DNA of 64,000 nucleotides, taken from assembly GCA_963784525.1 (NCBI GenBank), contig CAWART010000015.1, forward strand, positions 1,672 through 65,671. The letters run 5' to 3'. Below are positions 53,281-63,048 of this stretch, piece by piece. The first letter of the stretch is position 1; every line of letters starts with the position of its first letter. Both the position numbers and the translations under genes were made by a program. This DNA is from Candidatus Aminicenantes bacterium (GTDB lineage Bacteria; Acidobacteriota; Aminicenantia; Aminicenantales; Saccharicenantaceae). The notes under the pieces were generated by a model. It searched no databases, was not told the DNA's origin, and saw nothing but the letters and a program-made list of their open reading frames with translations.

Positions 53281-56109
53281 CTAGAAAATTAGCCGGATAC
53301 CGAGCCGCGCCCGTCGCGGCATAACGAGGCCATAAAGGTCGTGGCCCTGGGTCGAGGGTCCGTACGTCGGATCGCCGCTGACCCAGTCATAGTCGATCCG
53401 CGTCCCCCAGTCATTGATGGTGTCGTCATTGAAGACGTTGAAGACGTCGAAGATGAGGCCGAGCCTGTACTTCGAGGCCAGTGTGAAGACCTTCTCGAGC
53501 CTGATGTCGAGCGACTTGGCCATCGCGTAATGGTGGGCGCCCGCCGGCTCCGTGTTGAACGTGACCCGGCCCTGATCGAAGGCCCGGCTCGAGGTCCGGA
53601 AGCGCTGCTGCCAGGCGTCGCCCGTGATCCCCTTCAAATAGACGTTGAAGGAGATGCCCAGGGGCAGGACGTAGGTCCCCTGGACCTTGATCATGTGGGT
53701 GGGATCGTTCACGACGTGGCCGTCATTGTTGACCCAGGGGTTCGGGTCGGCCATCTGGCGCCCCCAGCCGATGTCCTCGCTCGAGCTGTTGTTGACGGTC
53801 CCCTTGCACTGCGAATAGACGTAGGAGGCCAGGAACTGCCATTTGTTGGAGAAACGCTTGTTGAAGAGGAATTCGAGGCCCCAATATTTCCGATAGGGAT
53901 TGAGCGTCAGCCCGATCGAGTCCGCGTAGATATCCTTGATCGATTCCAGATTCGTCAGGCGCCAATCGGCCGCGTCGCCGGAAGTGAGGTTGTAGAGCGT
54001 GAAGTCCCTGTTGACGACGCCGGCGACGTCGTCGTCGATGTGGTAGGGGACCGCTTCGTACGTGGCCGCGGCGTTATACGCCGCGATGAAGTTGTGGTAG
54101 CTGCGGTTGATGTACGTGACCGAGAAGGAGGCGTCCTTGAACAGCTCCCGTTCGATCCCGAGCGTGTATTGGCGCATGAACGGCTGCTTTATCCCCGGGT
54201 CGATGGCATAGTTCCCCGTACGGATGCGATAGTCCTCGTACCAGTATTGGCCCTCCGGGTCCCAATACATCAGGATCCAGTCATAGAAGTCCGGGCACAG
54301 GCGGTCGAAGTTGTAGGAATAGACGCCGTCCGTGAATTCGCCGAAATGGGCCTTGAGGACGGTCGTCTTGTCTCCGAGCAGGTCGAAGGTGAAGCCGAGG
54401 CGCGGCGCCACCCGGGACGTCTTATAGGTCGTGTCCGGTCTCGCATCCGGCTGGCCCCGGAGCACGCTGGCCCGGACGCCGAGGCTGACGTTCAGGCGGC
54501 TCGTGACCTGCCAGGAATCCTGGGCGAACCCTTCCAGGCGGGTCATGGTCGTCTTGATGTTGTAGCCTTCGTACTGATAGGCGCTGTAGTTGCCGTAATA
54601 GCCGTAGCCCCAGTAGTCATAGTAGCGCATATGGTTCGCGCCCGTGTAGGCGAACGTGTCCCGGACATGGGAGCGCTCGAACTCGACGCCGAACTTGAAG
54701 TCGTGGCTTCCCTTGATGAAGTCCTCGACGTAATGGGTCAGGCTGGCGTTGGCCTGGAACCGCCACCGGGGATGTTCGGCCCAACTGCCCCAGTTGTAAT
54801 ATTTCCAACCCTTCTGGTTTCCAGGAATGTCGGGGTTGTCGTTGAGGAAGTAATGCATGTACGTGTCCCGGCCCGTCCGCGGCTCGAGGTTGTAATAGCC
54901 GTTGAAATAGGACGCCTTGAAGTCGAAGAACGTCTTCGGGCTCAGGATGTGGTTCAGGGTGAGGTTGAGCACGAATTCGGGATCGATCTGGTCGCGCGTG
55001 GCGTCCGGCATGACCTTGGCCGAGGCGCCCCGGTAGGTCCCGTTGTAATTGTCGTACTCGAAGAAGGCGCTCCCGTTCGTCTTGGGCGACAGTTGGGAGG
55101 ACAGTTTCAGGAAGAAGCGGGGCTGCTTATAATTCTGGGCGTAGGGGAATCCCGTCACCCAATCCTTGGAGTTGTACCACTGCGCCCCGGCGAAGAACCA
55201 GAGCTTGTCCTTGACGATGGGCCCGCCGAGATGGGCGTTCGCGTCCACCAGGGCGGAGAGGGGCGACGTGATCTCCGGCCAATCGTCGACGTAGGCGCTG
55301 TTGTTCTCCGTCCCCCAGAACGAGCCTCCCGGGAACGCGCCCTTCAGCTCGGCGGCCTCGCGGGCCGGGTGCCCCTGGTAATCGACCTCGAAATGCCCGG
55401 AGAACTGGTTGCCGCCGGACTTCGTGACGGTATTGAAGATGACGCCCGTGAAGTTCCCGTATTCGGCCGGCAGGCCGATGCCCATGACCTTGGCTTCCTC
55501 GATGATATTGTAATCGAGGAAGACCCAGGCCGTCCCGCCGGCGGGATCGCCGACGCCGACGCCGTCCATCTGCCAGGAGACGCCGCGGCCCGAGCCGGCG
55601 CCGTAGGCGACGTCGTTATTGACGCCGGGGGCGAGATTGACGATATCCACGGAGAACTGGCTGTTCGGGATGTTCCGCAGGATCTCGCTGCTGAGCGTCA
55701 CGGACGCGGTTTCCGTGGACTTGATGTCCACGGTCGGGACCTTGGCGGTGACCGTGACCTGCTCCTGGACCGCCGAAGGCGTCAGGACCAGGTCCACCGT
55801 CAGTGTCGTCGTGGTCGTCAGGCGGATGTTCTCGCTGACGACCGTGCCGAATCCCTGCAGTTCCGCCTTGAGCGCATAGGCGCCCGGCGGCAGGGCCGGG
55901 AACCGGAACAGGCCCTGCCCGTCCGAAACGCCGGTTCGAACGCCCATCAGCTTTTCGCTGGTGAGCGTCAGCGTAACGCCGGGGAGAGCGTTGGCCTCTT
56001 CGTCCGTCACCTTCCCGATGATGGCGCCGGTCTCCCGGGATTGGGAGAACAGGGCCGGGGCAAGGACGAGGAAGAGCGCCGCGATGGCGATGATCGATTT
56101 TACCCTCAC
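53281..56109 (-). CDS. TonB-dependent receptor, Oar/CarboxypepD_reg type
   Basis: AGGAGG RBS and GTG 56109; signal peptide; G.V.D...LPGVT, LPAEYGNFTG...NTVTKSGGN; ends RLGIRLIF. Confidence 0.92.
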   Translation of the reverse strand: MRVKSIIAIAALFLVLAPALFSQSRETGAIIGKVTDEEANALPGVTLTLTSEKLMGVRTGVSDGQGLFRFPALPPGAYALKAELQGFGTVVSENIRLTTTTTLTVDLVLTPSAVQEQVTVTAKVPTVDIKSTETASVTLSSEILRNIPNSQFSVDIVNLAPGVNNDVAYGAGSGRGVSWQMDGVGVGDPAGGTAWVFLDYNIIEEAKVMGIGLPAEYGNFTGVIFNTVTKSGGNQFSGHFEVDYQGHPAREAAELKGAFPGGSFWGTENNSAYVDDWPEITSPLSALVDANAHLGGPIVKDKLWFFAGAQWYNSKDWVTGFPYAQNYKQPRFFLKLSSQLSPKTNGSAFFEYDNYNGTYRGASAKVMPDATRDQIDPEFVLNLTLNHILSPKTFFDFKASYFNGYYNLEPRTGRDTYMHYFLNDNPDIPGNQKGWKYYNWGSWAEHPRWRFQANASLTHYVEDFIKGSHDFKFGVEFERSHVRDTFAYTGANHMRYYDYWGYGYYGNYSAYQYEGYNIKTTMTRLEGFAQDSWQVTSRLNVSLGVRASVLRGQPDARPDTTYKTSRVAPRLGFTFDLLGDKTTVLKAHFGEFTDGVYSYNFDRLCPDFYDWILMYWDPEGQYWYEDYRIRTGNYAIDPGIKQPFMRQYTLGIERELFKDASFSVTYINRSYHNFIAAYNAAATYEAVPYHIDDDVAGVVNRDFTLYNLTSGDAADWRLTNLESIKDIYADSIGLTLNPYRKYWGLEFLFNKRFSNKWQFLASYVYSQCKGTVNNSSSEDIGWGRQMADPNPWVNNDGHVVNDPTHMIKVQGTYVLPLGISFNVYLKGITGDAWQQRFRTSSRAFDQGRVTFNTEPAGAHHYAMAKSLDIRLEKVFTLASKYRLGLIFDVFNVFNDDTINDWGTRIDYDWVSGDPTYGPSTQGHDLYGLVMPRRARLGIRLIF

Positions 56110-56349
56110 TCTTTTCCTCCTTCGCTTTATGGGATGATCGAAAATAGGGTACGCGGATGACACGACAGGGCTTTCATTATCACCCCCTCTCGGATCGATA
56201 TGGGCCATTTCAACCGCGCCTTCCCGATGATTTTATCAACAGTAGCGATGAATATACAAGCACAATTCTATAAGTACGGAAATCTGCTGAACCGATCTCG
56301 AGACCGGCGTTCGGCCGGGACCCGAGAGCGGGCCCCGGCCGGCGATGCC

Positions 56350-56676
56350 CTAGACGTGCTTCGCGATCATCTCGTCGAGCTTCGCCTTGGGGACGACGCC
56401 GACGACCGTTTCCTTTGCCTCGCCGCCCTTGAACAGGATGAGGGTCGGGATGCCCATGATGCCGTACTTCTGCGGCGTCGCCGGGTTGTCGTCGACGTTG
56501 AGCTTGACGACCCTGAGCTTGCCCGCCCGCTCGGCGGCAAGGGCCTCGACAGCGGGGGCGATCATCCGGCACGGCCCGCACCACGGCGCCCAGAAATCGA
56601 CAAGGACGGGGACTTCGGACTTCAGCACATCCTGCTCGAACGTCGCGTCCGAGCCCTGCAGGATCTCATCGGACAT
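56350..56676 (-). CDS. trxA: Thioredoxin
   Basis: VLVDFWAPWCGPC and GIPTL. Confidence 0.96.
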   Translation of the reverse strand: MSDEILQGSDATFEQDVLKSEVPVLVDFWAPWCGPCRMIAPAVEALAAERAGKLRVVKLNVDDNPATPQKYGIMGIPTLILFKGGEAKETVVGVVPKAKLDEMIAKHV

Positions 56677-58153
56677 GGCCTTCTCCTCTCTGCGAATTCC
56701 GGCTCCTGGCATAGAGCTTGAGGTAATTCCCGGCGGACGGCCCCCAGGAAAAGTCCTTGCGAAAGCCCGCGTTCATGACCCGGCGCCAGCTCTTCGGGTG
56801 GGCATACAGGTCCAACGCCTCCGTCAGGCATTCCGTCAGGGCGAACGGCGTGAATTCATCGAAAACGAAACCGTCGCCGCGCGGCGGAGAGGCCCCGACC
56901 GGTTCGACCGTCTCCCTGAGCCCGCCGGTCCCCCGGACGACGGGCACCGTCCCGTAGCGGAACGCGTAGAGCTGGGTCAGGCCGCACGGCTCGTAGAGCG
57001 ACGGCGCGAGCAGGATGTCGGAGCCGGCGATGACCTTATGGCTGAGCGCCGGGCTGATCTCGAAGCGGGTCGCGACCCGGTCCGGACGGCCGGCGCGGAG
57101 CGCGCGAAAAACATCCTCGTACGCTTCGTCACCCCGCCCCTGGACCACCAGGCCGAAGTCGAGCTCCCGGAGGGCCGGGGCGGCCTCCCGGATGAGGTCG
57201 AATCCCTTGTGCCGGGTGAGGTAGGACGAGATCCCGACGACGGGCGTTCGCTCCGGCAGGGGAAGGCGAAATTCCTTGAGCAGGTCGCGGCGGCATTCCT
57301 TCTTCCCGTCGGGCGCGGCGGGCGTGTAGTTGGCCGTGATGAACGGATCGGTCGCGGGGTCCCACTCTTCCGTGTCGATGCCATTGCGGATGGCGTGGAG
57401 AGCCAGGTCCTGGCTCTTCAGGATCTCCGCGAGGCCCGGGCCCTGCTCGCCGGCGAGGATCTCCTTCCGGTACTCCCGGCTGACGGTGTTGACGGCGTCG
57501 GCGAAGAGGACGCCGGCCTTGAGAAAATTGAACTTCCCGTCGAACGCGACACGGCAGGACGCGAAGTCGTTCCACGTCAGCCCGGCGAGGGACATGGAAT
57601 CCGCCGGGAACTCGCCCTGGTAGGCGACATTGTGGAGGGTCAGGACCGAGGCGGTCGCCTTGAACAGCGCCCGGCCCGCGAAGCGCGTCTTGAGGAGGAC
57701 GGGGATGAGGGCGGACGGCCAGTTGTTGCAGTGGATGACGTCCGGCGCCGTCCGGGCACGGGACATGTATTCGAGGACCGCCCGGCCGAAGAAGGCGAAG
57801 CGCTCGTCGTTGTCGAGGTAGGCCCCCTTGGACGGCCCGTAAATGTGCTCCCGATGGAAGAATCGCGGACAGTCGATGAGGTAGAGATCGGCCCAGCCGA
57901 GCTCGGCCCTGTGGACGGCGGCCCTCACCTTATCGCGGCCGAGGGGGACGGAAAGATCGGCGAGGACGGGTACTTTCGACAGGGACTCGACGCCCGGCTG
58001 GCGATACATGGGCATGAACAGGGAGACTTCGGCCCCGCGTCCGGCGAGGGCTTTGGGCAGGGACGCGGCGACGTCGGCCAATTCCCCGGACTTGGCATAG
58101 GGCGCGACCTCCGGGGTCACGAAGGCTACGCGCAGTTTCCGCTTCGCCATCAC
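56666..58153 (-). CDS. glgA: Glycogen synthase (GT5) homolog with altered catalytic residues
   Basis: E..PYAKSGELADV, DNDERF, TLHNVAYQG, NGID..EWDPATD and PSLYEPCGLTQ. Confidence 0.85.
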   Translation of the reverse strand: MMAKRKLRVAFVTPEVAPYAKSGELADVAASLPKALAGRGAEVSLFMPMYRQPGVESLSKVPVLADLSVPLGRDKVRAAVHRAELGWADLYLIDCPRFFHREHIYGPSKGAYLDNDERFAFFGRAVLEYMSRARTAPDVIHCNNWPSALIPVLLKTRFAGRALFKATASVLTLHNVAYQGEFPADSMSLAGLTWNDFASCRVAFDGKFNFLKAGVLFADAVNTVSREYRKEILAGEQGPGLAEILKSQDLALHAIRNGIDTEEWDPATDPFITANYTPAAPDGKKECRRDLLKEFRLPLPERTPVVGISSYLTRHKGFDLIREAAPALRELDFGLVVQGRGDEAYEDVFRALRAGRPDRVATRFEISPALSHKVIAGSDILLAPSLYEPCGLTQLYAFRYGTVPVVRGTGGLRETVEPVGASPPRGDGFVFDEFTPFALTECLTEALDLYAHPKSWRRVMNAGFRKDFSWGPSAGNYLKLYARSRNSQRGEGHVR

Positions 58154-58159
58154 GGCCCG

Positions 58160-58188
58160 ATGATAAAGGCGACGGGCCGAAATGTCAA
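58160..58188 (-). promoter_or_regulatory. sigma70 promoter of glgA-trxA (probably leaderless)
   Basis: TTGACA (58188-58183), 17 bp, TATCAT (58165-58160), 6 nt before GTG 58153. Confidence 0.7.
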
Positions 58189-58206
58189 TTTATGAGGAGC
58201 CGGCGC

Positions 58207-59055
58207 CTATTCCGCCCAGCCGAGCTTTTCCTTGACGACGTCGAAGTAGCCGCGGGCGGGCGAGGAGACGAGCCCGAGCTCGAGGGGCGAAGAGCGGACG
58301 GTGATCTCATCGCCCTCTTCGAGAGGAGCGCCGCGCTGACCGTCGAGGCTCATATAGACCTCCTCGCCGTCGGTCAGCAGGCGAAGCCCGATGACCGAAT
58401 CCGCCGCGACGACCATCGGCCGGAAGGTCAGCGTGTGCGGGCAAATCGGGGACAGGGCGAGGGCCGGGACGTTGGGATGGACAATGGGCCCGCCCGCCGA
58501 GAGGGAATAGGCCGTCGAGCCGGTCGGCGTCGAGACGACGAGGCCGTCGCCCTTGAGGACCGCGACCTCGTGGCCGTCGATGCGGATGGCGATCTGGATC
58601 ATCCGGGCCAGGGCGCCTTTGTTGATGACGACGTCGTTGAGGCAGTGATGGACGGCCCGGCCGCGGCGCACCTGGATGAACCGCCGCTTGCCGATGAACC
58701 CGTCCGCGCCGCCGAGCAGGGCCTCGAGCATCTGGCGGGCCTCGGCGACGGGGATCTCCGTCAGGAATCCGAGCCGGCCGAGGTTGACGCCCATCACGGG
58801 AACGCCCGCGACGGCCGCCGGCGGAGCGATGCTGAGAAGGGTCCCGTCGCCGCCGAGGACGACGACGAGGTCCGCTTTCAAGGGGAGCTTCCCCCGGGGG
58901 ATGCCGCCCCGGCGGCCGAGCTTTTCCGCCGCGGCGCCCTCGAGGACACAGGCGACGCCCCGGCCCTCGAGGAACCCGACGAGGTCCCGGAGGATGTCCG
59001 CGACGCCCGGGGCGTGCGGCTTGATGACGAAACCCACCCTGCGGATCTTATTCAT
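58207..59055 (-). CDS. nadK: NAD kinase
   Basis: LGGDGTLL, GVNLGRLGFL and GDGLVVSTPTGSTAYSLSAGGP. Confidence 0.95.
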   Translation of the reverse strand: MNKIRRVGFVIKPHAPGVADILRDLVGFLEGRGVACVLEGAAAEKLGRRGGIPRGKLPLKADLVVVLGGDGTLLSIAPPAAVAGVPVMGVNLGRLGFLTEIPVAEARQMLEALLGGADGFIGKRRFIQVRRGRAVHHCLNDVVINKGALARMIQIAIRIDGHEVAVLKGDGLVVSTPTGSTAYSLSAGGPIVHPNVPALALSPICPHTLTFRPMVVAADSVIGLRLLTDGEEVYMSLDGQRGAPLEEGDEITVRSSPLELGLVSSPARGYFDVVKEKLGWAE

Positions 59056-59833
59056 CGGCAACGACCTCCCTGATGAGCGCGGCCAGGGCCTCCGGCCCGG
59101 GTCCGGTGCCTTTCCGCGAGAACCGGGCGAGGAACTCGACGTTCCCCGTCCGGCCCCGGGTGGAACAGCGGACGAGCCCGCCGAGGACGAACCCCGAATC
59201 CGCCGCCCCCCGGATGACCCGCTCGAGGACCTCCGCCCGGACGGCCGGATCCCGGACGATGCCCCCCTTCCCCACCTGGGACGGCAGGGCCTCGAACTGC
59301 GGCTTGATGAGGACCACCAGGACGCCGCGCGGAGCAAGGACGGCCCCGAGAGCGGGGAGGATCTTCAGGACGGAGATGAACGAAACGTCCATGGAGACGA
59401 TCTTTGGGGCCCGGGAGAAGTCCTCCGGGACGAGCGCCCGGGCGTTCTTCTCGATCATGACGACGCGCGGGTCGCCCCGAAGCTTCCAGTCGAGCTGTTT
59501 GGTGTCCACGTCGACGGCATAGACGAGGCGGGCGCCGCGGCCGAGGAGGCAGTCCGTGAAGCCCCCGGTCGACGCCCCGATATCGGCCGCGACCTTGCCG
59601 GCCGGATCGATGCCGAAGGCGTCCAGGGCCTGGGCGAGCTTCGGGCCGGCCCGGCTGACGAACGGCGGGGTAGCCCTTACGGAAAGGGCCTTCGCGGCGT
59701 CCATGGGAATTCCGGGCTTGTCGACCCGCTCCTCGCCCGAATAGACGAGCCCGGCCATGATCAGCCGGCGGGCCTGGTCCAGAGTCGGCGACAGGCCTCG
59801 ATCGACAAGCAGCTTATCAGCTCGTTCTTTCAT
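59048..59833 (-). CDS. tlyA: TlyA-family rRNA 2'-O-methyltransferase
   Basis: S4 domain, FVSRAGPKL, DIGASTGGFTD, DVSFIS and LIKPQFE. Confidence 0.94.
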   Translation of the reverse strand: MKERADKLLVDRGLSPTLDQARRLIMAGLVYSGEERVDKPGIPMDAAKALSVRATPPFVSRAGPKLAQALDAFGIDPAGKVAADIGASTGGFTDCLLGRGARLVYAVDVDTKQLDWKLRGDPRVVMIEKNARALVPEDFSRAPKIVSMDVSFISVLKILPALGAVLAPRGVLVVLIKPQFEALPSQVGKGGIVRDPAVRAEVLERVIRGAADSGFVLGGLVRCSTRGRTGNVEFLARFSRKGTGPGPEALAALIREVVADE

Positions 59834-59933
59834 GTCGTCCCGGTCGTGTCTTCGTCTCGGGCGCGCATGCGACTGGGCGTCTTCTCCCGAAGCGCAGGCT
59901 CGAGCCTACGTCAGTCATTCCCAGGCTGCCAGC

Positions 59934-61803
59934 CTACTTCCCGTAAAACTCCTTATCTTTTAACGAGGCCGGGAACGTCGAGCCCGAACATCGCCTTGAT
60001 CTCCGCCGGCTTGCCGCACGGGTAGATCTCGAGGGGCAGGCCGAGGGCGAGGAAACGGACGTCGAACCTCTTCTCGCGGTCGAGGACCTCGCGCACGGCG
60101 CTGCCGAATCCGCCCGCGACGACGCCCTCCTCGGCGGTGATGATGACGCGCCCCGGACCGGCGTAACGAAGAAGGGCCTCCTCGTCGAGCGGCTTGACGA
60201 ACCGCGCGTCGACGACGGCGAGCGAAAGGCCCTCCTTCTCCAGTTCCCGGGCCGCCTCGAGGGCGGGCCCGACCATGCTTCCCAGGGCAAAGAAAAGGTC
60301 CTTCCCCTCTTTGAGAAGAGCGCTCTTCCCGAGCGGGATCTCTCCGGGTTCCGCGTCCACGGGAACGCCGGGGCCGCGCCCCTTGGGGAAACGGATCGCG
60401 ACGGGACGGCCGTATCGGAAGGCCGAATGGACCATGTGCCGGAGCTCGTTCTCGTCGCTCGGGGCCATCAGGACGAGGTTCGGCATATGCCGGAGATAGG
60501 CGATGTCGTTGATCCCCTGGTGGGTCGGTCCGTCGTCGGGGACGATTCCCGACCTGTCCAGGGCGAAGACGACGGGAAGGTTCTGGAGGCAGACGTCGTG
60601 ATAGACCTGGTCGTAGGCCCGCTGGAGGAACGTCGAGTAGATGGCGACGACCGGCTTGAAGCCGGAAACGGCCAGGCCGGCGGCGAAGATGACCGCGTGC
60701 TGTTCGGCGATGCCGACGTCGAACGCCCGCCCGGGGTACTTCGCGGCGAACGCGTGAAGCCCCGTCCCCTCGGTCATGGCCGCCGTGACGGACAGGATCC
60801 GGGGATCGGCCCCGGCTTCGGCGAGCACGGCGTCGCCAAAGACCGACGAATAGGACGGGGCCTTTTCGTGATTTATCGGCTCGCCGGTCGCCACGTCGAA
60901 CGGCCCGGCGCCGTGGAAGCGCTCGGGATTGCTCTGGGCGGGGGCGTAGCCCCGGCCCTTCTGCGTGACGCAGTGGAGCATGATCGGCCCCTCGTACTTC
61001 TTGGCCTGCTCGAAGACCTCGATGAGCGAGGGGAGGCTGTGGCCCTGGACAGGCCCGATGTACCGGATGCCGAGCTCCTCGAAGACGAGGCCGGGGAAGA
61101 ACGTCTTCTTGATAAGCTCTTCGAAGGCCCGGCCGGCCTTGATGAGCGGCCAGCCGACCTTGGGAATGCTTTTGAGGATGGACTTGGCCTGGTCCTTCAT
61201 CTTGAGGTAGTGCTGGCCCGAGGCCAGGTAGGACAGATACTTGGACCAGGCGCCCACGTTGGCCGAGATGGACATCTCGTTGTAGTTGAGGACGATGATG
61301 AGCCGCTCCCGCATGTGGCCGATCTGATTGAGGGCTTCCAGGGCCGCTCCGCCGGTCAGGCTCCCGTCGCCCACGATGGCGACGACGTGATAGTCCTCCT
61401 TCTTCTTGTCCCGGGCCACGGCCATGCCCAGGGCGGCCGAGAGGGCCGTCGAGGCGTGGCCGGTGTTGAAGGCGTCGTGCGGGCTCTCCTCGCGGCAGGG
61501 GAATCCGAGCAGGCCGTCCATGAGGCGGAGGCCGCGGAACCGGTCCCGACGGCCGGTGATGAGCTTGTGGGTGTAACACTGGTGGCCGACGTCCCAGATG
61601 AACTTGTCCCGGGGCGAGTCGAAGACGCAGTGGAGGGCCAGGGTCAGCTCGACGACCCCGAGGTTCGAGGCCAGGTGGCCGCCGTTCTTCGCGACCGTGG
61701 AGACGATCTCGGCCCGGATCTCGGTCGCCAGCCGCTGGAGGTCCTTCAGCGGGAGCTTCCGGATGTCCTCCGGCCGCTCTATCGAATCTATCAGCTTGCT
61801 CAT
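59934..61803 (-). CDS. dxs: 1-deoxy-D-xylulose-5-phosphate synthase (ORF stops at 59953; probable true end 59934)
   Basis: GGHLASNLG, WDVGHQ, GDGSLTGG, FDVGIAEQH and STFLQRAYDQ. Confidence 0.96.
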
Positions 61804-61812
61804 GATCGCGTC

Positions 61813-62670
61813 CTATTCCCGGGTGTCGAGGCCGGAAGCCAGGGCCCGAAGCTCGATCGACCGTACGCCGGCGGCGGAGAGCGCATCGAGGGCGTCGCCG
61901 ACGGCCCGGCGTAAACGCGCCCTCGTCCCCTCCGGCCCGAACAGGGCCACGGCGTTCGGACGGGTCCCCGCCTTCCCTTCGGCCTTCTTCCCCGCGTCGA
62001 GCAGGTCGTCCCGGAGCTGGAAGGCGAGGCCGACACCGCGCCCGTATCGGTCGATCTCCGGCAGGACGGCGTCCGGCGCCCCGCCCATGATCGCCCCCGC
62101 CCGGACCGACGCCAGGATCAGGGCGCCCGTCTTCAGGGACAAGAGCTCGAGGAGCGCTTCCGCGTCCGCCATTTCCGGATCGTAGCCGACGTCCAGCCAC
62201 TGCCCGGCGATCATGCCCCTGACCCCCGCCCCCTCGGCGATGGCCCTGACCGCCCGGTCCTTGCGTCCGGCGCCCGCGGCTCCCGCCCCCGCATCGGCGA
62301 GGGCCTCGAAGGCGAGGGTCAACAGGCCGTCTCCCGCAAGAAGGGCCCCGGACTCCCCGAACGCCTTGTGGCAGGAAGGCTTCCCCCGCCGGAGGGCGTC
62401 GTCGTCCATGCAGGGAAGGTCGTCGTGCACGAGCGAGTAGGAATGGATGAGCTCGACGGCGAAGGCGAAGGGAAGGAGCGTCCTGCGGTCGCCGCCGAAG
62501 GCCTCGCCGGCCGCAAGAAGGAGGAGCGGCCGGAACCGTTTTCCCCCGCTCAGGACGGCATAGCGCAGGGCCTCGTAAAGGCGCGACTCCCCCGCGAGAA
62601 GACGGGCGAGGCCGGCCTCGACCTCCGCCTTCATCTCGACAAGGGAAGCCGTCGCGCTCGAGTTATCCAT
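61813..62670 (-). CDS. ispA: Polyprenyl (farnesyl) diphosphate synthase
   Basis: GGKRFRP, HSYSLVHDDLPCMDDD.LRRG, LKTG and FQLRDDLLD. Confidence 0.92.
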   Translation of the reverse strand: MDNSSATASLVEMKAEVEAGLARLLAGESRLYEALRYAVLSGGKRFRPLLLLAAGEAFGGDRRTLLPFAFAVELIHSYSLVHDDLPCMDDDALRRGKPSCHKAFGESGALLAGDGLLTLAFEALADAGAGAAGAGRKDRAVRAIAEGAGVRGMIAGQWLDVGYDPEMADAEALLELLSLKTGALILASVRAGAIMGGAPDAVLPEIDRYGRGVGLAFQLRDDLLDAGKKAEGKAGTRPNAVALFGPEGTRARLRRAVGDALDALSAAGVRSIELRALASGLDTRE

Positions 62671-62676
62671 GGCCGA

Positions 62677-63048
62677 CTAGAAGAGCTTCCCCCCCTTGTC
62701 GTCCGTATCCTCGGTGTCTTCGCCGGCGTCGTCCTCCGCGTCCGTTCCGTCTTCCTTTTCGACCTCGACCTTCGGCCGGGCCTTGGCCTTCGGCCTGGCC
62801 GCGGGCCCGGCCTCGTCGCCCTCTTCTCCGGGCTCGAAGTCCTCGGCGTGCACGACGCCCTTCTCGTCCTTGAGGAGGATCTCGACCTTCCGCTCGGCCT
62901 TGTCGAGCTCGCCGCGGAGGAATCGGGCCAGCTTGACGCCCTTTTCAAAGAGGGCCAGGGACTCGTTGAGGGGCGTCCCTCCCTTCTCGAGCTTCGCGAC
63001 GACCTCTTCGAGGTCGGACAGCGCCTTTTCGAAACCGGTGTTCGTCAT
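62677..63048 (-). CDS. xseB: Exodeoxyribonuclease VII small subunit with a long acidic tail
   Basis: FEKALSDLEEVVAKLE.G..PLNESLALFEKG; located between xseA and ispA. Confidence 0.92.
   Translation of the reverse strand: MTNTGFEKALSDLEEVVAKLEKGGTPLNESLALFEKGVKLARFLRGELDKAERKVEILLKDEKGVVHAEDFEPGEEGDEAGPAARPKAKARPKVEVEKEDGTDAEDDAGEDTEDTDDKGGKLF

Noticed and set aside
53341-56160. Long antisense or alternate-frame ORFs (e.g. 939 aa opposite the TonB receptor, 59960..62200, 13578..15641)
   Set aside because: Shadow ORFs expected from high-GC codon bias; they have no recognisable motifs and fully overlap well-supported genes.
56110-56300. Riboswitch in the TonB-receptor leader
   Set aside because: The AT-rich promoter-like region is visible, but I could not recognise cobalamin, TPP or c-di-GMP consensus elements.
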